64,000 bases of DNA, from contig CAVVPN010000011.1 in assembly GCA_963750165.1 (NCBI GenBank), positions 1,280,001 to 1,344,000 on the forward strand, given 5' to 3'. The stretch's first letter is position 1; every line of letters starts with the position of its first letter. Below the pieces are notes generated by a model. The model did not search any database. It was given only the letters and a program-made list of their open reading frames with translations, and was not told the DNA's origin. The translations under genes were made by a program, and so were the position numbers. This document shows, piece after piece, positions 18,566 through 28,176 of the stretch. This DNA comes from an uncultured Gemmataceae bacterium (GTDB lineage Bacteria; Planctomycetota; Planctomycetia; Gemmatales; Gemmataceae).

Positions 18566-19268
18566 GGTGCCCTCTCCGCAAATCGGTGGAAGGAGAAAAT
18601 CACGCGCCGGGTCGCAAACCCGACCACGACCACGTAGCCGTCCGCACCGTATGGGTTTTCCAGCAGTTGCTGCACTTTCTCGCGGTGGCGGGCCTCCAGG
18701 TTGTCCAGCGTGCTGCTCCAGGTGTGCAGCCGCGGGCGCACGCGGTGGAACGCCGCGGTGATGGCGCGGCGTCGCCGCTGAACAGGTTCCAGACAACGTT
18801 CTGCGCCGCCTCCGGCATCTCGCGCAGCACCAGGACGCGGACGGTGTCCATGCCCCATACAACATCGTAGGCGCCCGGCCCGCGCTCCTGCAAGACGACC
18901 TGGCCCGCCAGCTGCCGGGGGAACTGCATGCTCGCCGCCAGCAGCCGGAACTGTCCCTCCGGCAGCAGCGCGTCGAGGTTCGGACTGATCCGTTTACGAT
19001 AGTTGACGCCGTGCGACGCCAGCTCTTTCAGCGCCCAGGCGTTGAGCGGATCCTGCAGTGCCTTGAACGTCAGCAGGTTGTACTCTACCGGCTCTCCGAA
19101 CCCGTCCGGCCAGACCAGCGCCGTCACGACCTCGTCACGGCGCAGGATGATGAGGTCGAGGAGTTGCTTCTGCAGCGACAGGTCCACCTCCACGTCCACC
19201 TGCCAGCCAGTGCCCGCGAAGTACTGCGTCAACGCCATGCCGAAGATTCGGTGCCACTGGACCGCCAT
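18562..19268 (-). CDS. Rpn/PD-(D/E)xK-like protein, frameshifted near 18768, possibly chimeric
   Basis: WHRIFG...EVDLSLQKQLLDLIILRR...NLLTFKA; continues in the 18562-18858 frame. Confidence 0.55.
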
Positions 19269-19312
19269 GACTCCCTCCGTGAAGCGCGTCCGTCGATCCG
19301 GTTCGCATCCCC

Positions 19313-20614
19313 TCAGCGCGACAACGCCCGCACCAGCAGCAGCACCAGCCCCAGCAGCACCAGCGCCAGCGCTCCCAGGCCCGCGACCGCCACCCACAAC
19401 CAGTTGCCCCACGTCGCCGGCTGCCACAACTGCGGCCCCGTCTTCGACCGCGGCGCCGGTGGCTCATCCAGGTCGAACGCGAACTCCGACAGCGCCGGCG
19501 CTGCCGCCTCGGCCACCGGCACCGGCGGCGCCGGCGGCGCATCAATGAACAGCGGCAGCAGGTCCGCGGCCGCCGCGCCCGCCTGCGGATAGCGCTGGTC
19601 CGGCTGCCGGGCCATCATGCGCCGCACCACCCAGGCCAGCGCCGGCGGCACCTCCGGCCGCACCTGCTCGACCGGCTCGGGCTCGTCCAGCTGGTGGTGC
19701 ATCATCTTCTCGATGGCGCTGCCGCCGGGGAACGGCGGTCGCCCGGTCAGCGCGAAGTACAGCGTGCAGCCAAGGCTGTACACGTCGCTGCGGGCGTCGG
19801 CCAGGCGGCTGTCGCGGGCCTGTTCGGGGGCCAGATAATCGGCGGTGCCCAGGACCGTGCCCAGTTTCGTCAGCGCCGGCCGGCCGTCGCCCGCCGCCGG
19901 CTCCTCGTCGTCCAGCAGCCGGGCCAGCCCCAGGTCGAGAATCTTGACGACGTTCGCCTGCCGCACCGCAGTCCGGCTGGCCGGTGCCGGTCCCGCCGTT
20001 TCGGGGGCGCCGATCATCAGGTTGCTCGGCTTGATGTCGCGGTGGACCAGGCCGTGGTCGTGGACGTGCTGCAGACCCTGCGCGGCCTGGTAGATGAAGT
20101 TGCACGCCTGGGTGATCGGCAGCGGCCCGTGCTGCTTGACCAGCCGCGACAGGTCGGTGCCGGGCACGTACTGCATCGCGAAATAGTACAGCTCGCCGAA
20201 CTGATCCACGTCGTAAGCACGGACGATGTTGGGGTGCGACAGCTTGGCCGCGGCCGCCGCCTCGCGCAGGAAGCGCTGCAGCGCGATGGCGTTGGTGACC
20301 CGCTCGGGTCGGATGATTTTCACGGCGTCGATGCGGCCGACGCGGCCGTGGCGGGCCTTGAAGACCTGGCCCATGCCGCCCTCGCCCAGCCGCTCCAGAA
20401 CGCGGTACGGCCCAACCACCAGCTGCTGGCCCTTGCCCGTCAAGAGCAGGTTCGCCTGGTAGGGCGTGAGCAGGTCGTGGCGGATGAGTTCCCGCGCCAG
20501 CACGCGGCCGTCGGGCAGGCGCTGGCTGAGTTCGAGGAGGTGACGCTGCTGCGGCTCCTGCTCGGGCCAGAGCCCCAGGGTGCGCAACTGAGTAACGAGG
20601 GTGTTGCTGTCCAT
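19313..20614 (-). CDS. Membrane Ser/Thr protein kinase
   Basis: LGEGGMGQV, HRDIKPSN, DLGLA, YLAPEQ; C-terminal TM segment. Confidence 0.95.
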   Translation of the reverse strand: MDSNTLVTQLRTLGLWPEQEPQQRHLLELSQRLPDGRVLARELIRHDLLTPYQANLLLTGKGQQLVVGPYRVLERLGEGGMGQVFKARHGRVGRIDAVKIIRPERVTNAIALQRFLREAAAAAKLSHPNIVRAYDVDQFGELYYFAMQYVPGTDLSRLVKQHGPLPITQACNFIYQAAQGLQHVHDHGLVHRDIKPSNLMIGAPETAGPAPASRTAVRQANVVKILDLGLARLLDDEEPAAGDGRPALTKLGTVLGTADYLAPEQARDSRLADARSDVYSLGCTLYFALTGRPPFPGGSAIEKMMHHQLDEPEPVEQVRPEVPPALAWVVRRMMARQPDQRYPQAGAAAADLLPLFIDAPPAPPVPVAEAAAPALSEFAFDLDEPPAPRSKTGPQLWQPATWGNWLWVAVAGLGALALVLLGLVLLLVRALSR

Positions 20615-20777
20615 CCGCGGCGTTCCGAAGCGAGGCTGACGGGTGTTCCGGAGGTTGTATTGTGGCAGCGGCCTGGGGCGGTCGCAAGGGAAAACACGCG
20701 GCCGGTTCCTCTTCGCCAGGGAGCCGACTGTTGTTAGGATGTCTCGGCGTCGCCTGGACTATCTCGGAGGAAAAGTC

Positions 20778-21383
20778 ATGGCCAGCCCGACTGCCACCGT
20801 CCTGCCCTGGGGAGGGTATCAATCCATACGGCGGTTTTCGGTGGACGAGTATCACCGGATGATCGAAACCGGCATTCTCGAAGAAGACGATCCGGTTGAA
20901 TTGCTGGAAGGCTATCTGGTGCTGAAGATGACACGCAACCCACCGCACGACGGCACGATCATGCTCATCGAATCCACCCTGGACACGCACATTCCCGTGG
21001 GATGGGTCACGCGCACGCAATCCGCACTCACTTTGTCCGACAGCCAGCCGGAACCGGACGTGGCCGTGGTGCGGGGGGACGAGCGCAGTTATCTGACCCG
21101 GCATCCCGGGCCAGTGGATGTTGGGTTGCTCGTGGAAGTGGCCGACGCTTCCCTGGACCGCGACCGCATCGACAAGGCACGCGTCTACGCCCGCGCCGGC
21201 ATTCCGATCTACTGGGTCGTCAACCTGGTGGATGGCTGCATTGAGGTGTTCACCGGCCCGTCCGGTGCGACGTCCATACCGGACTACGCCCAGCGGCAAG
21301 ACTTCGCACCCGGCGCCGACATCCCGTTCATCCTCGGCGGCACGACCGTGGCGGCCATCCCCGTGAGCGACCTGCTGCCCTAA
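20778..21383 (+). CDS. Uma2 family (DUF820) endonuclease-fold protein
   Basis: RFSVDEYHRM, VELLEG, PEPDVAVV, LLVEVAD, YARAGIPIYWVVNL. Confidence 0.9.
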   Translation: MASPTATVLPWGGYQSIRRFSVDEYHRMIETGILEEDDPVELLEGYLVLKMTRNPPHDGTIMLIESTLDTHIPVGWVTRTQSALTLSDSQPEPDVAVVRGDERSYLTRHPGPVDVGLLVEVADASLDRDRIDKARVYARAGIPIYWVVNLVDGCIEVFTGPSGATSIPDYAQRQDFAPGADIPFILGGTTVAAIPVSDLLP

Positions 21384-21392
21384 GCGGATCGC

Positions 21393-22580
21393 TCACAGCG
21401 ACAAAATCGGCACCACCGCCGTCTGCAGCGGGCCGCCGGTCACATGCACCTTGCCCTCGCCGTCCACGAACACGTTGGTTTCGCTGCGGACGCCGAACTC
21501 CGGCAAATAAATGCCCGGCTCCACCGAGAAGCACGTCCGCGGCAGCACGCGCCGCTCCTCGTGTGTCTCCAGGTTGTCCATGTTGGCACCGTTGCCGTGC
21601 GTCTCCTGGCCGATGGAATGGCCGGTGCGATGGCAGAAGTATGCCCCCTGCCCCGCCCTGTCGATCACGTCGCGCGCCGCCTGATCCACCTCCCAGCCCT
21701 GCAACGTCCTGTTCGCGGCGAAGGCGTCACGCACCTTCTGGATCGCCGCGTCGCGGGCGGCGGCCACCACGTTGAAAACCCGCGTGTACTTCTCCGGCAC
21801 CGCCGTGCCCACGAAGCCGGTCCACGTCAGATCGCTGTACACCGCCCGCGGTTTGTCCAGCTTGGCCCACAGGTCGATCAGCACGAAATCGCCGGCACGG
21901 ATCGGCGCGTCGCTGGCCGGGCTGGGTGCGTAGTGCGGGTCGCCGCTGTGGGCGTTGACGGCGCAAATCGGCGGATGGTCCGTCACCAGCCGGTGCTGCC
22001 GGAAGTGCTCAAGGATGCGCTGCTGCACCTCCGTCTCGCGGACACTGCCCTGTGCCCGCACCCGCTCGGCGATGAATCGGAAGGCCGCGTCGAAGGCTGA
22101 GCAGGTGTGCTGGGCCGCCTCCAGGTGCATGGCCCACTGCGCGTCGTCCCAGCACGCCTCGAATAGCTGGATCAGGTCGCCGGACGACTGCACCTCCACG
22201 CCGAAGGACCGCACCAACTCGACGGTGCCGGCATCAACGCGCGAGACGTAGGGGTTGGCGTTTCGCGGCACGTACTCCATCGCCAGGTGTTTCATGCCGC
22301 GCACCAGGGAGCCGACGCCCGTCTCGAACTCCTGCCAGCGCAGGTACACTTCCCGGCCGCCGGGCAGGTGGTCCAGGGCGTGCGGTTCGATGTGGTGGAC
22401 CAGCTTGAGCGGCTCGCCGGTGCGCGGGATCAGGTAGAACCAGCGCCGCGACAGCAGGGCGCCGCTGTCCAGGCCGAGCACGCGGCGGGCCAGCACGTTC
22501 AGGCCGCGGAAGTCGTACAGCAGCCAGCCGTCGAGGTTGAGGTCGGTCAGGGCGCTTTGCACTGCGGTCAGGTCGAACAT
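21393..22580 (-). CDS. M24 family Xaa-Pro aminopeptidase
   Basis: DLWAK, YSDLT, HRTGHSIG, SVEPGIY, GVRSE. Confidence 0.9.
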   Translation of the reverse strand: MFDLTAVQSALTDLNLDGWLLYDFRGLNVLARRVLGLDSGALLSRRWFYLIPRTGEPLKLVHHIEPHALDHLPGGREVYLRWQEFETGVGSLVRGMKHLAMEYVPRNANPYVSRVDAGTVELVRSFGVEVQSSGDLIQLFEACWDDAQWAMHLEAAQHTCSAFDAAFRFIAERVRAQGSVRETEVQQRILEHFRQHRLVTDHPPICAVNAHSGDPHYAPSPASDAPIRAGDFVLIDLWAKLDKPRAVYSDLTWTGFVGTAVPEKYTRVFNVVAAARDAAIQKVRDAFAANRTLQGWEVDQAARDVIDRAGQGAYFCHRTGHSIGQETHGNGANMDNLETHEERRVLPRTCFSVEPGIYLPEFGVRSETNVFVDGEGKVHVTGGPLQTAVVPILSL

Positions 22581-22760
22581 GGCTCGGCTCCTTTCGCGGG
22601 CGGTCCCGGAGGCGCAATATACGGCCGGCCGGCGTCGGGGACACTGCCCAAGATTCAAGAATTTCGCCCGCTTCCCGTCGAGGCCGGTTTTCCGTAGACC
22701 GTCGCTGCGGTCGCCCCCGGCCCGGCAGGCCGGCACCCTGCCGACTCGAGGAGGTTGAAC

Positions 22761-23168
22761 ATGCGCGGAATCCTGGCCTGTGTGCTGCTCGGGTTGCTCG
22801 CCGTCGGCGCCGCCCCGGGCGGGGACGCCAAGACGGACATGGCCAAACTCAAGGGCAAATGGACCGGCGAATGGAAGGGCGAAAAGGTCACCCTCACCCT
22901 GGACAAGGACAAGTTCACCTTCGCCTTCGGGGACAAGGCCGAGTTCAAGGGCACCTTCAAGATCAACCCGTCCAAGAAGCCCAAACAGATGGACCTGGCC
23001 GTCAAGGAAGGCCCCATGTACGAGGGCCAGACCGCCCTGGCCATCTACCACGTGGACGGCGACACGCTCAAGTGGCACGCGAACAATCCGGGCAATGACC
23101 AGCGGCCCAAGGAGTTCCCCAAGGAGGAGGGCGAGCATCTGTACGTGATTTTCAAACGCAGCAAGTAA
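22761..23168 (+). CDS. TIGR03067 domain secreted protein
   Basis: Signal peptide, LKGKW, GTFKINPSKKPKQMD, IYHVDGDTLK, RPKEF. Confidence 0.85.
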   Translation: MRGILACVLLGLLAVGAAPGGDAKTDMAKLKGKWTGEWKGEKVTLTLDKDKFTFAFGDKAEFKGTFKINPSKKPKQMDLAVKEGPMYEGQTALAIYHVDGDTLKWHANNPGNDQRPKEFPKEEGEHLYVIFKRSK

Positions 23169-23193
23169 CCAGGCAGCGGCCCAGTGGTCTGGC

Positions 23194-23250
23194 CGTGGTG
23201 CAGGCGTCGCGCCTGCGGGGTGCGCCCGCAGGCGCGACGCCTGCACCACG
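23194..23250. repeat. GGTG-type REPIN (relative at 60758-60808)
   Basis: CGTGGTGCAGGCGTCGCGCCTGCGGG...CCCGCAGGCGCGACGCCTGCACCACG. Confidence 0.85.
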
Positions 23251-23404
23251 ACCCAGGCAGGGACCGGCGCGACAGCTTGTCGGCGCCGGTCGATAGATTA
23301 ACCCGAGATTAAAAAGCGGGAGTTTCCATTTGCCAACGACGGGGGCGGCGGGTAGCTTGAAGAACACTTCTACTTCTTTCTTCTCTTCAACCCCGAGGTG
23401 TCTC

Positions 23405-24328
23405 ATGATACAAACGACGGGAAGATGCCGTCCCGGCTTCACGTTGATCGAGTTACTGGTGGTGATTGCGATCATCGCCATCCTGATCGGCCTGCTCCTG
23501 CCCGCCGTCCAGAAGGTCCGCGAGGCGGCCGCCCGCTCCCAGTGCCAGAACAACCTCAAGCAGTGGGGGCTGGCCATACACAACTACATCGGCGTTTACA
23601 AGGCGCTGCCGCCAGGCGCCACCAGCAGCCCAAGGCACACCTTCGTCATCCACCTGTGGCCGTACTTCGAGCAGGACACGCTGGCGGGCATCTACAACCT
23701 CACCCTCCCCTTCTACCAGGCACCGAACACGGTGACGAGCACGACCAACGGGGCCTGTGCCCAGCCGGTGCCGATGTACTACTGCCCCAGCGACCGGCCT
23801 GGCGCCTACTGGAAAGGCGACATTTACTGGCGGTGTCGGGGCAATTACCTGGTGAACTGGGGCCCCATCACCCAGCCGTTTTCAAACGGCTTTTCGGCTC
23901 CCCCGAAGGCGCCGTTCGGCTGGATCAACGACGTTAACTCCCAGCCCGATAAGATCCGCCTCAACGACATCCGGGACGGCACCTCCAACACGCTGATGAT
24001 GTCGGAAGTCATCCTGGCCGTGAACGACGCTGATTGGGACACGCACGGCGATTTCATGAACGACGACGCCAACTACATGACCTTCGAGTTCATGACCGTC
24101 AACACGCCCAACGGTGGGGCGGATGTGACGAGCACGTGCATCTCGAACCCGCAGGTGCCGTGCAGCAATGGTTCGCCGATGCAGCAGGCCGCGCGCAGCC
24201 GGCACGTCGGCGGCGTGAACGTGCTGCTCTGCGACGGCAGCGTGCGCTTCGTGGACAACGGCATCGCCCTGGCCACGTGGCGGGCGCTGAGCACCATCAA
24301 CGGCGGCGAAGTCGTCGGCGACTATTGA
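23405..24328 (+). CDS. DUF1559 prepilin-type protein
   Basis: [40 protein letters not shown]9-DG motif ([15 protein letters not shown]). Confidence 0.95.
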   Translation: MIQTTGRCRPGFTLIELLVVIAIIAILIGLLLPAVQKVREAAARSQCQNNLKQWGLAIHNYIGVYKALPPGATSSPRHTFVIHLWPYFEQDTLAGIYNLTLPFYQAPNTVTSTTNGACAQPVPMYYCPSDRPGAYWKGDIYWRCRGNYLVNWGPITQPFSNGFSAPPKAPFGWINDVNSQPDKIRLNDIRDGTSNTLMMSEVILAVNDADWDTHGDFMNDDANYMTFEFMTVNTPNGGADVTSTCISNPQVPCSNGSPMQQAARSRHVGGVNVLLCDGSVRFVDNGIALATWRALSTINGGEVVGDY

Positions 24329-24342
24329 GCGGAGGCGTGGCC

Positions 24343-24774
24343 GTGAGTTTCTCCGATGTTCAGCAATCCCAACGGCGGTGCTTCCTCCTGCTCGTGCTGG
24401 CGGGTGCCCTGGCCCTCGTGGGCTGTGGCGACGACGGCAAGGCCGTGGTGAAGGGCCGCGTCACCCTGGACGGCGAGCCCGTGCCCAACGGCATCGTTCA
24501 GTTCTTCCCCGAGGACAAGAAGAGCCCCTCGGGCAAGCCCGGCATCATCGAGAACGGCACCTACACCGCCTCGGGCGTGCCGATCGGCAAGGTGCGTGTG
24601 GTCGTCAACTCGTCCCAGGTCGTCGGCAAGAAAAAGGCGGACGAAAAGCCCGAAAGCCCGATGGTCGATGTTCACAAGGAAATGATTCCCGCCAAGTACC
24701 ACAGTCCGAGCATTCTCGTGAAGGAGATCAAACCGGGCGCGAACGAAATCAACCTGGAATTGACGACGAAATAG
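24343..24774 (+). CDS. DUF1559-associated lipoprotein
   Basis: Lipobox LVGC, VKGRVTLDGEP, IPAKY. Confidence 0.85.
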   Translation: MSFSDVQQSQRRCFLLLVLAGALALVGCGDDGKAVVKGRVTLDGEPVPNGIVQFFPEDKKSPSGKPGIIENGTYTASGVPIGKVRVVVNSSQVVGKKKADEKPESPMVDVHKEMIPAKYHSPSILVKEIKPGANEINLELTTK

Positions 24775-24795
24775 GGTGGGGATGTCCAACAACCT

Positions 24796-24838
24796 GGGGC
24801 CAGCGCGGTTTTGCCAACCGCGCTGGCCCCGGGCTTTT
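24796..24838 (+). terminator. Terminator hairpin between convergent genes
   Basis: GGGGCCAGCGCGGTT/AACCGCGCTGGCCCC stem with a short T-tract. Confidence 0.65.
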
Positions 24839-24846
24839 CCGATGCG

Positions 24847-25374
24847 CTAATCGCTCGATTGGTGCCGACGGTTCGGCCCCGCCTTGCGCCCGGCGCCCTT
24901 TTCCGCCTGCGGGCGCAGGCGCTGCGTCGATTCGTGCAGCACCCGCTGCGACTCGGCCAGGAAGTCCAGGATGGTCACCAGTTGCTCGTCGCGGTAGCGC
25001 GCGCCCAACTCGGCGACCGCGGCCCCGAGGTGTTCAAACAACCGGCCAATCCGGCGGCAGCGGCGGGCAACCGGCCGGACGATGACGCGACGGCGATCGC
25101 GCGGGTCATCGACGCGGCGGGCGTAACCGGCCCGTTCCAGGCGGTCGATGGCGCTGGTGATGGCGCCGGTGGTCAGGCCGGTGCGGTCGGCAAGTTCGCC
25201 GGCGGTCAGCGGCCCGGCGGTGGCGAGCAGGTCCAGGCACTTGTGGTCCGTGGCGTTCAGGCCCAGACAGTCGGCGACCGTCTGGTGGAACATGATGGTG
25301 GCAGCGCTCAACTGCCGCCCCGCCTGCAACAGGGCCGCCACCAACTCCGCCCGGCTCGAAGCCTCCCTTGACAT
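24847..25374 (-). CDS. MarR family transcriptional regulator
   Basis: GLNATDHKCLDLL...LTAGELADRTGLTTGAITSAIDRLERAGY...DPRDRR. Confidence 0.92.
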   Translation of the reverse strand: MSREASSRAELVAALLQAGRQLSAATIMFHQTVADCLGLNATDHKCLDLLATAGPLTAGELADRTGLTTGAITSAIDRLERAGYARRVDDPRDRRRVIVRPVARRCRRIGRLFEHLGAAVAELGARYRDEQLVTILDFLAESQRVLHESTQRLRPQAEKGAGRKAGPNRRHQSSD

Positions 25375-25399
25375 CGTGAACCCTTCGTCTTAGCATCTG

Positions 25400-25422
25400 A
25401 TTATCTCAATTTTCAAGATAAT
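25400..25422. promoter_or_regulatory. Putative MarR operator
   Basis: ATTATCT-N9-AGATAAT in the AT-rich divergent spacer. Confidence 0.6.
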
Positions 25423-25508
25423 TGAAAACTGAGGGAATGTTCCAGGTCATTGTAGCCGGGGACGCACGGCGCGTCCCGGCGCTGCCACCACGCACAGGGA
25501 GAGCGACA

Positions 25509-26174
25509 ATGGCGACGGCCACGAAGAAGGGTTACAAGGGCCTGCCGCTGGAGGGTTGGTCCGCGCGCTGGTACGCGCGGACGACGGCGCGCGACCTCGA
25601 CCAGTACAAGGCCCTGGCCGCGGCGCTGGCGGCGCGGCTGCCGGCTGGCGGTGACGTGCTGGAGGTCGCCCCCGGGCCGGGCTACCTGGCCATCGAGTTG
25701 GCCCGCCGCAGCGACTTCCGCGTCACCGGGTTGGACATCAGCAAGACGTTCGTGCGCATGGCCGCCGAGAACGCGCAAAAGGCGGGCGTGCGCGTCGAGT
25801 TCCGACTGGGCGACGCGGCGGCGCTGCCGTTCGCGGAGGCGGCGTTTGATCTCATCGTGTGCCGGGCAGCGTTCAAGAATTTTACCGAACCGGTGCAGGC
25901 GCTGCGCGAGATGCACCGGGTGCTGCGGCCGGGCGGCGTGGCGCTCATCATCGACCTGCGGCCGGACGCCGCGACCGCCGACATTGACGCCTATGTGAAA
26001 AGTCTGGGGCTCGGTTGGTTCAATGCGCTGCTGACGAAATGGATTTTCCGGCACGTGCTGCTGAAGCGGGCGTATTCGCCGGAGCAGTTCCGCCAAATGG
26101 CCGCGGAGACGCCGTTCCGGACGTGCGCGATCAAGCCGGACCTGATCGGCCTGGAGGTAACGCTGCACCGGTGA
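25509..26174 (+). CDS. Class I SAM-dependent methyltransferase
   Basis: VLEVAPGPG, GLDIS, GDAAALPF, RVLRPGG. Confidence 0.9.
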   Translation: MATATKKGYKGLPLEGWSARWYARTTARDLDQYKALAAALAARLPAGGDVLEVAPGPGYLAIELARRSDFRVTGLDISKTFVRMAAENAQKAGVRVEFRLGDAAALPFAEAAFDLIVCRAAFKNFTEPVQALREMHRVLRPGGVALIIDLRPDAATADIDAYVKSLGLGWFNALLTKWIFRHVLLKRAYSPEQFRQMAAETPFRTCAIKPDLIGLEVTLHR

Positions 26175-26254
26175 ACGCCAGTAGCGCGGCGGTCGCTCTG
26201 CCAGGTGGGAGCGAAGCAGCCACGCCAGGTTCGCGTGGTCCGCCATGAGTCCGG

Positions 26255-26488
26255 TCAGGAACTCGGCGCGGCGGTGTCGCGTTTCGCAGGGAGGAGCACC
26301 AGTTGGTCTTCGCGCACCTCGACAAAAGCCGGTTCCGGTTCTTCGTCAATCCGAATGCGATAAATATGCGCCCCACCCGGTCCCAGCGGGCCGCGGAGTT
26401 CGACAATCATTCCGTGCGAGTTGGAGCGGCGTATTTTGACGAGATTCCCCAGCTTCATGCGGGGTGGAGCAGGTTGCTTTTCCCCCAT
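26255..26488 (-). CDS. Small KOW/SH3-like hypothetical protein
   Basis: RBS AGGAGG; KLGNLVKI...GMIVELRGPLGPGGAHIYRIRI...EVREDQL. Confidence 0.65.
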   Translation of the reverse strand: MGEKQPAPPRMKLGNLVKIRRSNSHGMIVELRGPLGPGGAHIYRIRIDEEPEPAFVEVREDQLVLLPAKRDTAAPSS

Positions 26489-26511
26489 CACCAAACCCTC
26501 CTTTCGCGGCA

Positions 26512-27075
26512 TCACCACGGGGCACGCCTCAAGATTTTCCGTAGTTGATTGTACGTGATCCCGTCGAGCGAAACAGCGAGTGCGTCGCACGAGTTCCGCC
26601 AGGCTTGTACGGAAGGAAGATCCAGCGAGCCGCTGGCGGGGAGCGTCTTCCCCTGGTGGGCTGCCACGTTACGCCATTGGTTTAGGATGGCGAGGTGCTG
26701 TAGCCGCAGTGCGGTCGCCGGGTCAGCGGCCAGCGACGGGGCCAGATGGAAATCGAACCGCTTGAAATCCCTCTGTATGTTCTCGAAACTCGGATTGCCG
26801 TGGTCGAGGCTGCACTGTGGGGAGAATTGCCGTTCAACCAGCGCCTGCAAACTCACCCTGACCCTGGAAATAATCACCTGACCGACCTCGGTGTAAAGAT
26901 CGCGGCAGAAGCCTTGAAAGTGAGCGCTGAGCAGGACGACATAGCCGCGTAGATTCTCCTCGGCCAGATGGAGGTTCGGGGGCACGGCGGCCAGAGAGGC
27001 AGCGCACTGCGCCTCAATGTGTTGCAGGCGCACCAGCCGCTGATGCTGCCACTCCTTCAACGAGGTTGACGGCAT
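26512..27075 (-). CDS. HEPN-domain protein (RiboL-PSP-HEPN-like)
   Basis: Helical; LSAHFQGFCRDL, GNP, and Rx4H motif RNVAAH; lower GC than its neighbours. Confidence 0.7.
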   Translation of the reverse strand: MPSTSLKEWQHQRLVRLQHIEAQCAASLAAVPPNLHLAEENLRGYVVLLSAHFQGFCRDLYTEVGQVIISRVRVSLQALVERQFSPQCSLDHGNPSFENIQRDFKRFDFHLAPSLAADPATALRLQHLAILNQWRNVAAHQGKTLPASGSLDLPSVQAWRNSCDALAVSLDGITYNQLRKILRRAPW

Positions 27076-27084
27076 GACACAGCC

Positions 27085-28110
27085 TCAGCGTGGCCCGTTC
27101 ACCGGGGCGGCGCCCGGGGACCGAGACATCATCCCCGGCACCGGCCGCAGCGTGCCGCGCTTGCCGGACTGGTTGGCGCGCTCGATGTTCTGCCGCGACT
27201 GGTTGAAAATCTGCACCGACCGCCGTCGTTGCTGGAAGAACTCCAGGTACGCCGGCCCCATCAGGATGATCGCCGCCGCCACCCAGAAGCAGAACACCGA
27301 CGGCATCAGCATCCAGAAACTGGTGCGATTCGCCTGCGCCTCGGCACGCTGCCGCGCCGTGGTGCGGAAGTTCGTGGACAGCTCCAGCAGCGTTGTGGCC
27401 GCGTCGGTGCCGAGTTTTTCGGATTGAATCAGCAGCAACGCCAGGTTGCGCACCCCCGGTAGCTGCACACGGTCGGCCCACTGCTTCAGCGCGTGCTCCA
27501 GGCTGTGCAGTTCGGCCTGCTGCCGCACGATCGTCAACTCCTGGGCCAGGGCCGGATGGGTGCGGTGCAGTTGCGCCGTCGCCTGGCGCAGGGCCGCGAG
27601 CAGATTCTGGCCAGCGGTCAGGCACAGCGTCAACAGGTCGATGGCCAGTGGCAGGCCGCGCTCGACGGCGCGGGCTCGCGTCCGGCCGCGCAGGTGGACG
27701 TGGACACGCGGCAGACTGAAGCCGAGCAGCGCCAGCACGCCGCCGCCGATGAGCATGGCGCCGACCTGTTCCGGCTCGACCAGCAGCGCCAGCACGCCCG
27801 CGGCCAGCAGCGGCAGCAGCACCAGCACCGCCCGGACAGCCAGGTACTCGACCAGGGCGGTGGGCCGGTAAAAGCCGGCGCTGCGCAACTCCTTCAACAG
27901 TTCGGCGCGCGCCGCCGGCCGCGGCGGCAGCTGCTCGGACAGCGGCGTTGTTAGCGGCCCGAAGACGAGCGGCGGCGGCGGCGGCTCGGCGTCCGGGTCG
28001 GCGGAGCGGAGGCGATCCGGCTGCGGCCGGCGGCGCAGCAGCCAGTACACCGCCAGGCACGCCCCGGTCACACCCAGGAAAACGCCGATCAGGGGCAGCC
28101 ACTCGTCCAT
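27085..28110 (-). CDS. tadC: Tad pilus assembly protein TadC
   Basis: T2SS-F domain: LPLAIDLLTLCLTAGQNL, QSEKLGT. Confidence 0.85.
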   Translation of the reverse strand: MDEWLPLIGVFLGVTGACLAVYWLLRRRPQPDRLRSADPDAEPPPPPLVFGPLTTPLSEQLPPRPAARAELLKELRSAGFYRPTALVEYLAVRAVLVLLPLLAAGVLALLVEPEQVGAMLIGGGVLALLGFSLPRVHVHLRGRTRARAVERGLPLAIDLLTLCLTAGQNLLAALRQATAQLHRTHPALAQELTIVRQQAELHSLEHALKQWADRVQLPGVRNLALLLIQSEKLGTDAATTLLELSTNFRTTARQRAEAQANRTSFWMLMPSVFCFWVAAAIILMGPAYLEFFQQRRRSVQIFNQSRQNIERANQSGKRGTLRPVPGMMSRSPGAAPVNGPR

Positions 28111-28122
28111 GAACTCACCTCC

Positions 28123-28176
28123 GGTTCGTGGTCCGTGGTCAGTTGCCACGGATCACGGACAACGGACAACGGATCA
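28123..28176. repeat. Inverted heptamer arrays (GGTCCGT-like x3 / ACGGAYM x4)
   Basis: Read directly; overlaps the tadB stop codon. Confidence 0.8.
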
